From NCBI GenBank assembly GCA_963695875.1, contig CAVOID010000005.1:1-64000 (forward strand): a stretch of 64,000 nt of DNA. Direction: 5' to 3'. Both the position numbers and the translations under genes were made by a program. Under the pieces are notes generated by a model. The model worked only from the letters and a program-made list of their open reading frames with translations. It did not search any database and was not told the DNA's origin. Source of the stretch: an uncultured delta proteobacterium. Lineage in GTDB: Bacteria > Desulfobacterota > Syntrophia > Syntrophales > UBA2185. The stretch's first letter is position 1; the number at the start of each line of letters is the position of its first letter. Shown here piece by piece: positions 1 to 10,497 of the stretch.

Positions 1-358
1 TAAAACCCGAGCCGATCTAGAAAAGATCCCATCTGATATTTCCTGTCAAGTGAAGTATAGCCTGATTAGTGTGAACATAGGTATGAACCACCTCGCAAAA
101 ATGCAATTTACGAGGAGGTATTGTCAGGAGAACTAGGGTAGAATTGGGGGAAGCTTTTATTGCCTGAATTGGTACATTACGAATGGATATATGTTGCAAG
201 TGTTACGAATCATTGAATCGTATTATCAATAAGAGTCCTTGTTGATGTGAAAAATGACTTGATGCGTGTCCATCTTTTCTTTATAAAAAAAGTTATTTAT
301 AGTATCCTATCAGCAAAAGAATTACAAAAGATGGTATCATTGGTTATGTTTTAGGGTA

Positions 359-1044
359 GTGGCTATGGATAAAAAAGACATCGTGAAAGCCAAAGAGTGG
401 GTTTCTGATTTATATAAACGCCACAAAAAGATCATAAACACTTCTGTTATCATTGTTCCCATTTTACTAGGTATTGCAATTTATCAAATAAACAAACATA
501 TCGACGAAATTAGACTTGAAAAAAACTTAGAAAGACAAGACGAAAAGCATTCAATAAAATTTATTGATGAGCTTATTAATAACATTAGAACGATACAATT
601 TTATTACTGGTCATTTAAAATGGAGTGGACACCTGAAGGCGATTTCACTAATTCTCAAAAAACATGTATACAGCTTTTCTACAAGATGCTTCATTCGTAT
701 CAGGGAAAATTGATTATATCGATAAACAATCAGAAATCGAAAAAGTCTATGACGCTTTCGGCAAAGTAGACGAAAAATTGAAAAAGGTAATATCTAAAAA
801 ACAAATAAATAAGAAAACATATTTGAAAACGATGGAATTGTTTAAAATGAGCATTAATAAAGGAATTAATCTGATTGAAAACATTAGCAGTAAAGATAGC
901 AAGAAGAATTATAGTGAGATAAGTTATCTCAATAAAGAGTGGGATAAAGATGATATCTTAGCTGCTAATTGTAAAGATTTTATAAATACAGAATTTGCTA
1001 AACTAAATAATATAGCTACTCGGACAATGAAAATCATAAAGTGA
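359..1044 (+). CDS. Hypothetical membrane-anchored protein, probably one gene split by a frameshift near 655-665
   Basis: Overlapping AT-rich ORFs 359-769 and 664-1044; N-terminal hydrophobic segment (VIIVPILLGIAIY); A-run at the junction. Confidence 0.5.
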
Positions 1045-1183
1045 TCCAAAAAGAATTAGAGACAATATCCTTTCCATTATGACAATTCTTACGTCAATAA
1101 TTGATTATGTTTTCTCTCGCCTGCTTTTAAATACATTACTAATCCATCTAATTAATATCATTTAACTATCTCAAACTTTTCGG

Positions 1184-1212
1184 TTGACATTCACAAATAT
1201 GATATTTATTAT
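1184..1212 (+). promoter_or_regulatory. Sigma70-type promoter upstream of the recombinase
   Basis: TTGACA (1184-1189), 17-nt spacer, TATTAT (1207-1212). Confidence 0.6.
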
Positions 1213-1378
1213 ATAGATAATCTCAATGCCTATAGATGGTGAAGATGATGTACTCAAAACATAATAAACATTTTCTATTGAGTTTCACATTTTCAGGAGC
1301 TCGAAGATGACCATTTTATCGTTCAAACGGTGGTGGAAACTCAATAGAAAACTTTGAGAATAAGAAAGGAGGCGCAAT

Positions 1379-2071
1379 ATGACAGAAGACAGAGCAGCAA
1401 AAATCATCACTTTTCCTTCAAAGCAGCGAGTGAAGGGAACAAAGAAGTCAGGCGGCAGGATCAAGAGCGTTGATGGTGTCAAATACTTCAACGAAAAACA
1501 GATTAAACTATTGAGAAGGACAGCAAGGGAACAGGCAGAGATTGACGAACAGAAGGGTAATGTTACAGGGATCAGGGAATGGATGGTCATCGATCTCTTG
1601 ACAAGTACAGGGGTCAGGGTATCAGAAGCAGCGAATTTGAGGTGTGGTGATCTGAAGATCGGCTACTCAGAAAGCAAAATATACGTGAGAGAGGGGAAAG
1701 GACGAGTATCGGGTCATGTTGTCATAAATGATTCGCTTAAAAAGCATTGTAGGGCGTTTCTAAGCTGGAAACGGGCACTGGGAGAGCCTCTTGGGGATGA
1801 TTATCATCTGTTTGCAGGGCAGAGAGGGGCTTGGACATCACAGGCTATACAGCAGATTGTCAAAAAGTATCTCAGGAAATGCGGATTTTATCAGCAGGGA
1901 AAGTCTGTTCACGCACTACGTCATTCATACGCTGTGGAGCTATATTCGAAAGAGAAAGACTTGCGGGTAGTACAGAAACAGCTTAGGCATGTCAGCATTC
2001 AGTCTACACTGGTATATGCAGACGTTACAAATGAAACGATCAGTGATCAGATAAAAGGGCTTTGGAACTGA
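1379..2071 (+). CDS. Tyrosine recombinase, short (essentially catalytic domain only)
   Basis: TGVRVSE (R), GKG (K), HALRH (HxxR), LRH...TLVY (H/Y); RBS AAGGAGG. Confidence 0.92.
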   Translation: MTEDRAAKIITFPSKQRVKGTKKSGGRIKSVDGVKYFNEKQIKLLRRTAREQAEIDEQKGNVTGIREWMVIDLLTSTGVRVSEAANLRCGDLKIGYSESKIYVREGKGRVSGHVVINDSLKKHCRAFLSWKRALGEPLGDDYHLFAGQRGAWTSQAIQQIVKKYLRKCGFYQQGKSVHALRHSYAVELYSKEKDLRVVQKQLRHVSIQSTLVYADVTNETISDQIKGLWN

Positions 2072-2086
2072 TACAAAGGGAGGGGT

Positions 2087-2278
2087 ATGACGATGGTACA
2101 AAAAAAGAAGACAGTAAAGCGGCAGAGTCAAGGAGCTATGGGACGATCAAAAATAGGTGTCACTATTGATACAGAGCTATGGCGCAGACTGCGTGCTATT
2201 GCAATAAGGCAGGGCAAGTTGACAAGCGTACTGCTGGATGCTGCGATTAAGGAGTATCTTGATAGTCACGAAAAATAA
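2087..2278 (+). CDS. Ribbon-helix-helix (CopG-like) DNA-binding protein
   Basis: KIGVTIDTELWRRLRAIA...LLDAAIKEYL beta-alpha-alpha pattern; RBS GGAGG. Confidence 0.75.
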   Translation: MTMVQKKKTVKRQSQGAMGRSKIGVTIDTELWRRLRAIAIRQGKLTSVLLDAAIKEYLDSHEK

Positions 2279-2720
2279 ACTCACTTAAATGAAGGTATAA
2301 CCCCCCTAGGTCTACTCAGAATTGGTTCATTCAGGAGTAAGAGTTAATGGCGCATGAATTATATCCAACAAACAGAACTTTTCGAGGTGGTTTAACAGTC
2401 AAACGCACTTCCTGAAAGAGAGCATCTGTCAACTTTGAAGAGCATCCACCCTTTCATATCGTAATCATTATTAAGGCAGATACAAAGTCAGAGCCACTTA
2501 TTCTGCCTTTGTCTTGAAGATCGAGCTTGATCTATTTCTCAAACTTGAGCCCAACCCCTTCAATTTCGGTCATAATAATTATGAAAAAAGTTGAATATAT
2601 TTTTTTAAAAAACAGATTCATTTTTTAATATACTAACCATTTTGTCTGGGTAATGCGTAGCACTTTGCAATAACAAAAATCTTGTCAAATTGACTTATCA
2701 AGTTAAAGGTATAAAAGAAT

Positions 2721-2747
2721 TAAAGAATTAAAGTTTTTTACCGATAG
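2721..2747 (+). promoter_or_regulatory. Candidate sigma28 (FliA) promoter
   Basis: TAAA-N15-ACCGATAG versus consensus TAAA-N15-GCCGATAA. Confidence 0.45.
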
Positions 2748-2759
2748 TAAAATAGGTAT

Positions 2760-4764
2760 ATGTTTATTAGTTGGTATTCGACATTAATTGAACACAATTC
2801 ATCTCTTAGGATTAAAATGAAAGTTCACAAAGATTTCATTATGCCAGCGAGCTCACCTGATTCAGATGAGATGGTGATTAATCCTATTAATCTATCATTT
2901 AGCGGGGAGCTTGAAACTTCATTCCTTAATGATTATTACAAAAGCTCTCTTAAGCTGGTTCGTTTATCCCTTTTGGCAGGGATTTTAATCTATGCATTCT
3001 TCGGCATTCTTGATGCCCATTTGATTCCCGACATGAAGGGAAAATTGTGGTTTATCCGGTTTGCCATTGTGTGTCCCTTTCTTTTTGGCGTAATAGTTTT
3101 CTCCTATTTCTCGGAGTTTAAAAAGTACTTCCAGCTATCTGTTGCTGCCGCAATGACTGTTGCCGGTACAGCTATCATAGCAATGATTTTAATCATCCCT
3201 CCCCCGACAAACTATTCTTATTACGTCGGGGTGATCCTTGTATTTATATGGGGATACACATTTACGAGAGTTAGATTCTTGTGGGCAACAATCTCAGGCT
3301 GGGTTATTGTCGCATTTTATGAATTTGTCGGCATATGGATTATCGATACACCATATACTATCCTGATGAGCAATAACTTCTTTTTCATAAGTGCAAATGT
3401 GGCAGGAATGATTGCATGTTATTCCATAGAGTACTATGCGAGAAGGGATTTTTATCTGGCATACCTGCTTAAGAATGAACAGAAAAATATCAAGTCTGCA
3501 AATGTTATTTTGGAAAAAATAGTCGAGGAACGGACATCTCAATTAACAGCAACGAACAGAAACTTAAGCAGGAAATAGAAGAGAGAAGCGGGCCGAACAG
3601 CAACGAATAGAGTTAGAAAACAAACTTCAACAAGTTCAAAAATTAGAAGCCATGGGTACGCTGGCCGGTGGTATAGCTCACGATTTTAATAATTTGCTGA
3701 TGGGTATCCAGGGATATACTTCTCTCATTCTTTTAGACATTGACTCCGGTTAATCGCATTACGAAAAATTGAAAAGCATTGAACAGTATGTCGTTAGAGG
3801 AGCTGAATTGACGCGACAGTTACTTGGTTTCGCGAGGGGCGGAAAATATGAGGTAAAACCAGCGAACCTTAATGAAATAGCGCAAAAGAGTTCACAGATG
3901 TTCGGTCGTACTCAAAAAGAGATTACAATTCATACAAATTTCCAAGAAGGAATCTGGACAGTAGAGGTAGATCAGGGGCAACTCGACCAAGTCCTCTTAA
4001 ATCTTTATGTGAATGCCTCGCAGGCTATGCCGGGAGGTGGTAATCTTTATATAGAAACACAGAATGTTACGCTAGACTATATGGATGTTGAGCCTTATCA
4101 AAATAAACCGGGAAGCTATGTGAAATTGTCTGTAAGAGACACAGGACTGGGAATGGATGAAAAAACGAGAGAGAGAATATTTGACCCCTTTTTCACCACA
4201 AAGGAGATGGGACGTGGAACAGGTTTGGGGCTCGCATCTGCTTATGGAATCATCAAGTCCCACGGAGGGATCATCAATGCAACGAGCAAAAAAGGAGAAG
4301 GGTCCACTTTTAATATTTATTTGCCCGCTTCTGAAAAAAAGATCGAGCAAGAAAAAAGTGTTCCTGATGCCATCATTAGTGGAACGGGAAGAGTTCTTCT
4401 TATAGATGATGAAGAAATGATTATTAACGTCGCTGATGACATGTTGCATCGATTGGGCTATGAAGTAATGGTAGCAAGAAGTGGTAAGCAGGCTGTTGAA
4501 ATATTTAAGGCTAATAAAAATAATATAGACGTTGTCATTCTTGATATGATCATGCCTGACATGGGTGGTAGTGAAACTTTTGATGCTCTTAAAGTGATTC
4601 GGCCTGATATTAAGGTTCTTTTATCAACTGGTTACAGTATTGCAGGTGAAGCTTCTGATATTATGGACCGTGGTTGTGATGGTTTTATTCAAAAGCCTTT
4701 CAACGTGAAGCAGATATCCCGCAAAATTAAAGAAGTAATGGACAGCTATAGATTAAATTCTTAG
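2760..4764 (+). pseudogene. Hybrid sensor histidine kinase (6-TM input, HisKA, HATPase, REC), interrupted as assembled
   Basis: Six hydrophobic segments; H-box LAGGIAHDFNN between the two ORFs; FDPFFTTK..GRGTGLGL; REC DMIMP..KPF. Indels at about 3565-3590 and in-frame TAA at 3751-3753. Confidence 0.8.
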
Positions 4765-4773
4765 TATAAGATT

Positions 4774-5895
4774 ATGCTGGAGGATAGTAAAGTGGAAATT
4801 GATAAGAGCTTCAGAGAAATCTTTTCCGAACTCGAACAAGGTCATATCAAAATCAGAGAAAGTTTGAATTCTCTGACTAAGAAAGGAAACGATCTGGAAG
4901 AGATTCTTATGCAGGAACATGATAAATTTGATTCCTGGCGATTGAACCTTATGGACCACTTGGGAGAAATTTCTTCTCAGTTTACTCAAGAACAAAAAGA
5001 AGCACATCAAAATTTCATCAGAGCCAGCACATATTATAGAATCGTCCAGGAAGCACCATTCTATTGGAGGATTATAAATAAACCAAATGGTTATGCCGGC
5101 GATGCCTTCATGATGAAATTCATTTATGATAATCGGTTTGAAGGAAACACGCCATTTGGAATGTTTCTGCATAAGCACGCCTTGTCTACGAAAGCATGTC
5201 AGTCAGTTCGGAACAGAAAAGAATATCTAAGAAAACAAATATTAGAAAAAGAGGGCGGGAAGATTCTCAGTTTGGCTGCTGGTCCCGCTCAAGAGATTAA
5301 GGAAGTTCTTGAAATATCCAATGGTAATAAATTTCAATTCCTTGCCCTTGATCATGACATGGACACTCTGGAGAAATTCAATATTACCACCGCAAATGGT
5401 CAATTCCAATATGCTCTTGCCAATGCATTTCAAATAATATCAAGTAATTACCTCACGGCAAGGCCAAGGAGGCACCTGCTAAAGTATTGTCATCCCCGAA
5501 AAGATTTTAAAGGAATGCATCGTTTATTAAGCGCAATAAAATACGAATTGAATATTCTAGAAAAGGAAGCGTTCAGCTTGGTTTATAGTGCAGGGTTATA
5601 TGATTATATAAAAACCTTCCTATTAGATGAAACCAAAGGTACCATATCTTTGACAAGAAATTTGTTTGATTTAGTTAAGCCCGGGGGTTCATTGATAGTA
5701 GGAAATTTCAATCACAACAATCCGAGGGACCTTAAATTCGTTATGGAATACATTTATGATTGGCAATTAATATACCGAGGAAAACATGATATGTTAGAGC
5801 TTGCGCGAGCTATACCTAGAGAAAAGATAGAGGATATTAAGATAATAGAGGAAGATTTAAGTATCAATTATTTTCTAAAAATTGACAAAAAATAA
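4774..5895 (+). CDS. Class I SAM-dependent methyltransferase, PhcB-like family
   Basis: KPNGYAGD..MM..IY, SVRNR, ILSLAAGPAQE, YSAGLYDY, KPGGSLIVGNF, MEYIYDWQLIYR. Confidence 0.75.
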   Translation: MLEDSKVEIDKSFREIFSELEQGHIKIRESLNSLTKKGNDLEEILMQEHDKFDSWRLNLMDHLGEISSQFTQEQKEAHQNFIRASTYYRIVQEAPFYWRIINKPNGYAGDAFMMKFIYDNRFEGNTPFGMFLHKHALSTKACQSVRNRKEYLRKQILEKEGGKILSLAAGPAQEIKEVLEISNGNKFQFLALDHDMDTLEKFNITTANGQFQYALANAFQIISSNYLTARPRRHLLKYCHPRKDFKGMHRLLSAIKYELNILEKEAFSLVYSAGLYDYIKTFLLDETKGTISLTRNLFDLVKPGGSLIVGNFNHNNPRDLKFVMEYIYDWQLIYRGKHDMLELARAIPREKIEDIKIIEEDLSINYFLKIDKK

Positions 5896-6308
5896 AATGG
5901 CATTATCTAATTACTATTTGCATCTCTGTTTTTTGGTTCAACTTCAGTCCAGTTAGATTTTCTAATAAATTGACTTCCTGCCGCGGTGGTAGCTACTTTG
6001 AGGGGCCATAGTATCGTTCTTCTTTTTATTAGAGTGTATTAGATTATCTTCAAGCTTTCCATATGTAATCCTCACTTTTCATTTCATGGTCAGTCTGACG
6101 ACAAGGTGAAACATATTTTCTAGACACACAAGATCCCAGCACCGACCTAGATCGACCTTGTAACGTAAATCCTCCTGCTAAATAAACGCCTCTTAGCAAA
6201 CTTGAATTCATAATCAGAGACAACTAAGATTATAAACAAGGGGTAGCAATAGGGTAGCAAATAATGTCTAAGAGGATTTAATGAAGATGATTAACTATTT
6301 GATATTAT

Positions 6309-6385
6309 TGGCGCGCCCACCAGGAGTCGAACCTGGGACCTTTGGATTCGTAGTCCAACGCTCTATCCATCTGAGCTATGGGCGC
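6309..6385 (-). tRNA. tRNA-Arg(ACG)
   Basis: Reverse complement GCGCCCATAGCTCAG...TTGGA-CTACGAA-TCCAA...GGTTCGACTCC...GCGCCA, 77 nt. Confidence 0.97.
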
Positions 6386-6397
6386 TCCATAAATGAA

Positions 6398-6492
<95 letters not shown>

Positions 6493-6566
6493 GTGGGCCG
6501 ATTTATCTTTTTTTCAATTTCCCCGGCTTTTCTTTTCAGAAAGAAGGCGGGGTCATTCTTTTATAC

Positions 6567-6652
6567 TGGCGGAGGGAACAGGATTCGAACCTGTGAACCT
6601 TTCGGTTAACGGTTTTCAAGACCGCCGCCATCGACCACTCGGCCACCCCTCC
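6567..6652 (-). tRNA. tRNA-Ser(TGA)
   Basis: GGAGGGGTGG...GCGGT-CTTGAAA-ACCGT, variable arm, GGTTCGAATCC, CCA end. Confidence 0.97.
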
Positions 6653-6686
6653 GTATTCACATTGATTTCAGAATTAGTGAGTTATA

Positions 6687-7967
6687 CTAAACTGGGGCAG
6701 ATATCCTGTCAATTCCTTTCATATAAGGTCTCAAGACATCAGGGATAACAACGCTGCCATCAGCTTGCTGGAGATTTTCCAGAACAGCCACGACGGTCCT
6801 TCCCACAGCCAACCCGGAGCCATTCAGGGTATGGACAAATTCCACTTTGCCGCTGCCCTCGCGGCGAAAGCGTATGGAGGCCCTGCGGGCCTGAAAATCC
6901 TCAAAATTGCTGCAAGAGGATATTTCTCTGTAGGTATCCTGACCGGGAAGCCATACCTCAATATCATAGGTCTTGGCGGAAGAAAACCCGAGATCCGCCG
7001 TGCAAAGACTTACCGTTCTAAAATGGATGTTCAGCCTTTTCAGAATCTCCTCGGCATTGATAGTCAATTTTTCCAGTTCGTCATAGGAAGTTTCAGGCGT
7101 CGTAAATTTGACCAGTTCCACCTTGTTGAACTGATGCTGTCTGATCAAGCCCCTTGTATCCTTTCCGTACGAACCCGCTTCAGCACGGAAACAGGGTGAA
7201 TAGGCCACATAATAGGTGGGTAGGTCTTTTTCATCCAAGATCTCATCACGGTGGATATTTGTTACAGGAACTTCTGCGGTGGGGATAAGGTAATAATCCA
7301 TCCCTTCGATCTTAAACAGGTCTTCGGCAAATTTCGGGAGCTGCCCGGTGCCCGTCATGCTTTCGCTGTTCACCATGAAGGGCGTCAATACTTCCATGTA
7401 ACCATGCTCCGATGTGTGCAGGTCAAGCATGAAATTCATTATTGCCCGCTCCAGCATAGCCCCGGCTCCCCGATACAAGGTAAAACGCGCCCCTGTAATC
7501 TTCGCACCTCTCGCAAAATCCAGGATATTCAGATCCTCGCCGATTTCCCAGTGCGGCTTTGGTGCAAAATCTAATTTCGGTTTCTCCCCCCACACACGGA
7601 TCACCGGATTATCCTGCGAACTTGTCCCGTGTGCGACAGATTCATGAGGCACATTGGGTATGACCATAAGTATATTGCGAAGATCATCCTCGATCTGCTT
7701 TAGAGACTCGTCCAGTCCCTTGATACGGTCAGAAACCTCGCTCATCCTGCCAATAAGCCCGGAGGCATCCTCCTTCTTTTTCTTTTTCTCACCGATCTCC
7801 TTGGAAGCAGTGTTGCGCTCATTCCGGAGAATCTCTACTTCCTGCAGAACGCTTCGCCTCTTTTCATCCAGAGCGGCAAAGGCATTTAGGTTAACGTCCT
7901 GACCTCTCTCAAGCATCTTTTTCCGGACAAAATCGATATTCTGCCTCAGAAATTTAATATCCAGCAT
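6687..7967 (-). CDS. serS: Seryl-tRNA synthetase
   Basis: [54 protein letters not shown]. Confidence 0.98.
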   Translation of the reverse strand: MLDIKFLRQNIDFVRKKMLERGQDVNLNAFAALDEKRRSVLQEVEILRNERNTASKEIGEKKKKKEDASGLIGRMSEVSDRIKGLDESLKQIEDDLRNILMVIPNVPHESVAHGTSSQDNPVIRVWGEKPKLDFAPKPHWEIGEDLNILDFARGAKITGARFTLYRGAGAMLERAIMNFMLDLHTSEHGYMEVLTPFMVNSESMTGTGQLPKFAEDLFKIEGMDYYLIPTAEVPVTNIHRDEILDEKDLPTYYVAYSPCFRAEAGSYGKDTRGLIRQHQFNKVELVKFTTPETSYDELEKLTINAEEILKRLNIHFRTVSLCTADLGFSSAKTYDIEVWLPGQDTYREISSCSNFEDFQARRASIRFRREGSGKVEFVHTLNGSGLAVGRTVVAVLENLQQADGSVVIPDVLRPYMKGIDRISAPV

Positions 7968-8077
7968 GATCTGACCTTCACTTTCAAATTATGGCCTAAA
8001 AAAAGAAATCCTCCGTACCACTTCAACTACTTGAAGTCAATGTTTTTTATCCTTTCATTAACCTGATATGTTTGTTT

Positions 8078-9682
8078 TCATTGGACTTTGGGTCTTCTCA
8101 TCTTCCTTTTAAGCGTCTCAATAATCATCGTCATTTCCGAACATTTAGTTAAGCCGGCGGCGATGAAATATGTCGCCGTCCCGGCAAGGATACACAGCAT
8201 GAGATACAAGATTCTTTCGTCTAAGGGCCCTTTATCTCTCCAAGGGATAATAATTCCTATGAGGATGATTACCACCCACATCGCCAGGGACGACAGGAGC
8301 ATCTTATAAACAGAACGGTAAAATTCCCGGTTTAAAAAAACACCTATTCTCTTTTTGAGAATGACCGACAGCATAATAACATTGACACTGGTGGCGATAG
8401 ATGTGGCCAGTGCAAGACCGCCATGCTTCAAGGGGAACATGAGAATAACACTAAAAACAGCATTTACAAGCAGTGCTACAATCGCCGCTTTCATGGGAGA
8501 TTTTGCATCCTGGAGGGAGTAAAAAGCTGACACAATCACCCTGATGACAGAAAAGGCCCACAAACCGATGGCATAATAGAAAAGGGCCCTGGCTGTGAGA
8601 AAGGTCGATTGGAGATCAAAAGCACCCCTCTGAAAAAGTACAGAGATTATAGGAATACGCAGTGCGATCAGGGCAATCGTTGCCGGTATGGTAACGAAAA
8701 GGATCAGCCTCAGGGAAAAGGAGATTGTTTTTTTTAATTCATCAAAATCCCCTTTCGCCACCTGTTCCGAAAAGCTGGGGAGAGTGGCAGTTCCTATCGC
8801 AATGGCAAATACACCAAGGGGAAGCTCCACGATCCTGTCGGCATAATAGAGGTAGGATACACTGCCGGTCGGCAGAAGTGATGCCAGAATCGTAGCTACA
8901 AAAATGTTGATCTGATAAATGGATGCCCCAAAAGCGGCGGGAAAAAAGAGGAACCCGATTTGCTTAAGGCCCGGATGCCGGAAGTTAAAATCAGGCTTCA
9001 GTTTTACCCCCAATTTAACAAGGAAAGGCCACTGCATGGCAAGCTGCAGAACGCCACCAATCATGACCCCCACAACAAGCGCAATGATCGGTTCCTGGAA
9101 AAAGTCTCTGAGGAGCAGCGTTGCTAAAATCATGCAGATGTTGAGGATCACCGGAGAAAGCGCCGGTGCGGCGAAATGACGGAGTGAATTCAGGATGCCC
9201 ATGCACAGCGCCACCAGCGACATGAAGAATATATAGGGGAACATCAGACGATTGAGAAAAACCGTCAGATGGTAGTGGGTGGGATTTTTAATGTACCATC
9301 CGGGTGCCATGACCGTGACGATGAGAGGCGAAAGGATGACACCGGCGATGGATACGACTACGAGGATAATAGAAAGAGTGGTAAAAACAACATTGGCCAG
9401 CTCAAGGGCCTCGTCTTTTGTCTTCTTGTTCAGGAATTCCGTGAAGACGGGGACAAAGGAGACAGTGAGCGATCCTTCACCTATCAGACGCCGCAGCATG
9501 TTCGGGATTCTGAAGGCAACAAAAAAAGCATCTGTCGTAAGCCCTGCACCGAAAAAAGCAGCGACTACCATGTCCCTCAGGAAGCCGAATACCCGGGATA
9601 GCAATGTAGCAAGACCGACCACGCCCGCTGCTTTGGCGACTTTCGAATTCTCCGTGCCTCGCAAGGTATTTTCTTCTTCCAT
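8078..9682 (-). CDS. murJ: Lipid II flippase MurJ/MviN
   Basis: SRVFGFLRD, AFRIPN.LRR..GEG, YYADRIVELPLG; many TM segments. Confidence 0.96.
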   Translation of the reverse strand: MEEENTLRGTENSKVAKAAGVVGLATLLSRVFGFLRDMVVAAFFGAGLTTDAFFVAFRIPNMLRRLIGEGSLTVSFVPVFTEFLNKKTKDEALELANVVFTTLSIILVVVSIAGVILSPLIVTVMAPGWYIKNPTHYHLTVFLNRLMFPYIFFMSLVALCMGILNSLRHFAAPALSPVILNICMILATLLLRDFFQEPIIALVVGVMIGGVLQLAMQWPFLVKLGVKLKPDFNFRHPGLKQIGFLFFPAAFGASIYQINIFVATILASLLPTGSVSYLYYADRIVELPLGVFAIAIGTATLPSFSEQVAKGDFDELKKTISFSLRLILFVTIPATIALIALRIPIISVLFQRGAFDLQSTFLTARALFYYAIGLWAFSVIRVIVSAFYSLQDAKSPMKAAIVALLVNAVFSVILMFPLKHGGLALATSIATSVNVIMLSVILKKRIGVFLNREFYRSVYKMLLSSLAMWVVIILIGIIIPWRDKGPLDERILYLMLCILAGTATYFIAAGLTKCSEMTMIIETLKRKMRRPKVQ

Positions 9683-9752
9683 TGTTTGTAAACGCTTGCT
9701 TCAAGATATAAGAATGACAGGACAGGCAGGAGACCTGTCCTATGGTCTGTCC

Positions 9753-10037
9753 TCAGGCAATAATATCCTCGATGTCCTTTTTCCCGATTCCTTCTATGGC
9801 AATCGTTTTTTTTCTCGACCTATGGCCGCTGACGATTTTTACATGAGTCTTTCGAACACCCAGGATATCAGACAGAAACTTTATGCATGCCTCATTCGCC
9901 TGTCCTTCCACCGGCGGTGATGTAATCTTAAGCTTCAGCGCGTCATCCTGAACGCCGGCAATCTCGCTCTTAGCCGATTTGGGCACGACATGGATACGGA
10001 GAATGACACCGTTTTCCGTTTCTTTAATATACTTCAT
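9753..10037 (-). CDS. yggU: DUF167/UPF0235 protein
   Basis: HVVPKSAKSEI...PPVEGQAN...VSGHRSRKK. Confidence 0.9.
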   Translation of the reverse strand: MKYIKETENGVILRIHVVPKSAKSEIAGVQDDALKLKITSPPVEGQANEACIKFLSDILGVRKTHVKIVSGHRSRKKTIAIEGIGKKDIEDIIA

Positions 10038-10101
10038 ACCTGATGAAAACCGATCCTGTAATTGATAATTTATGAATGACGGAAAGAAAAGATACCGCCT
10101 C

Positions 10102-10401
10102 TTACCTGAAGTAAACAGCCAATTCAATCATGCTCCTGACGAGAAATTCATCTATAAAATAAATTGCCAGAATGACGATAATCGGAGATATGTCAATACC
10201 CATGCCTCTGAAGGGGATCCATCTCCTCACGAGGGCCAGGACCGGCTCCGTGATCCGGTATAGAAATTGAACGATCCGGTTATATGGATCGGGGTTCACC
10301 CATGATATGAGGGCCCTGGCAATAACGACCCACATATAAATATTCAGTATGACATGGACGATTTTTGCTACTGCAGTGATAAAGTTCCCCAGCACGAACA
10401 T
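10102..10401 (-). CDS. yggT: YggT family membrane protein
   Basis: SWVNPDPYN.IVQFL..ITEP...DISP. Confidence 0.93.
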   Translation of the reverse strand: MFVLGNFITAVAKIVHVILNIYMWVVIARALISWVNPDPYNRIVQFLYRITEPVLALVRRWIPFRGMGIDISPIIVILAIYFIDEFLVRSMIELAVYFR

Positions 10402-10497
10402 ACTTTTACCCTCTCCGAAATGAAAAGTTAATTACTATACTTTTAACCATTTCCTATAATGTGTTTTTAGACACACTATCATATTCCCGTCGAACTG

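Larger units (their letters stand above)
1..6308. mobile_element. Genomic island/integrative element abutting the tRNA-Arg 3' end; left end probably outside the window
   Basis: Visibly AT-richer than the serS side; contains a recombinase; starts at the tRNA CCA end; GGGTAGCAA direct repeats at 6241 and 6252. Confidence 0.65.

Noticed and set aside
3751..3753. Stop-codon recoding in the kinase
   Set aside because: The codon is TAA, not TGA or TAG, and other genes here use TAA as a normal stop
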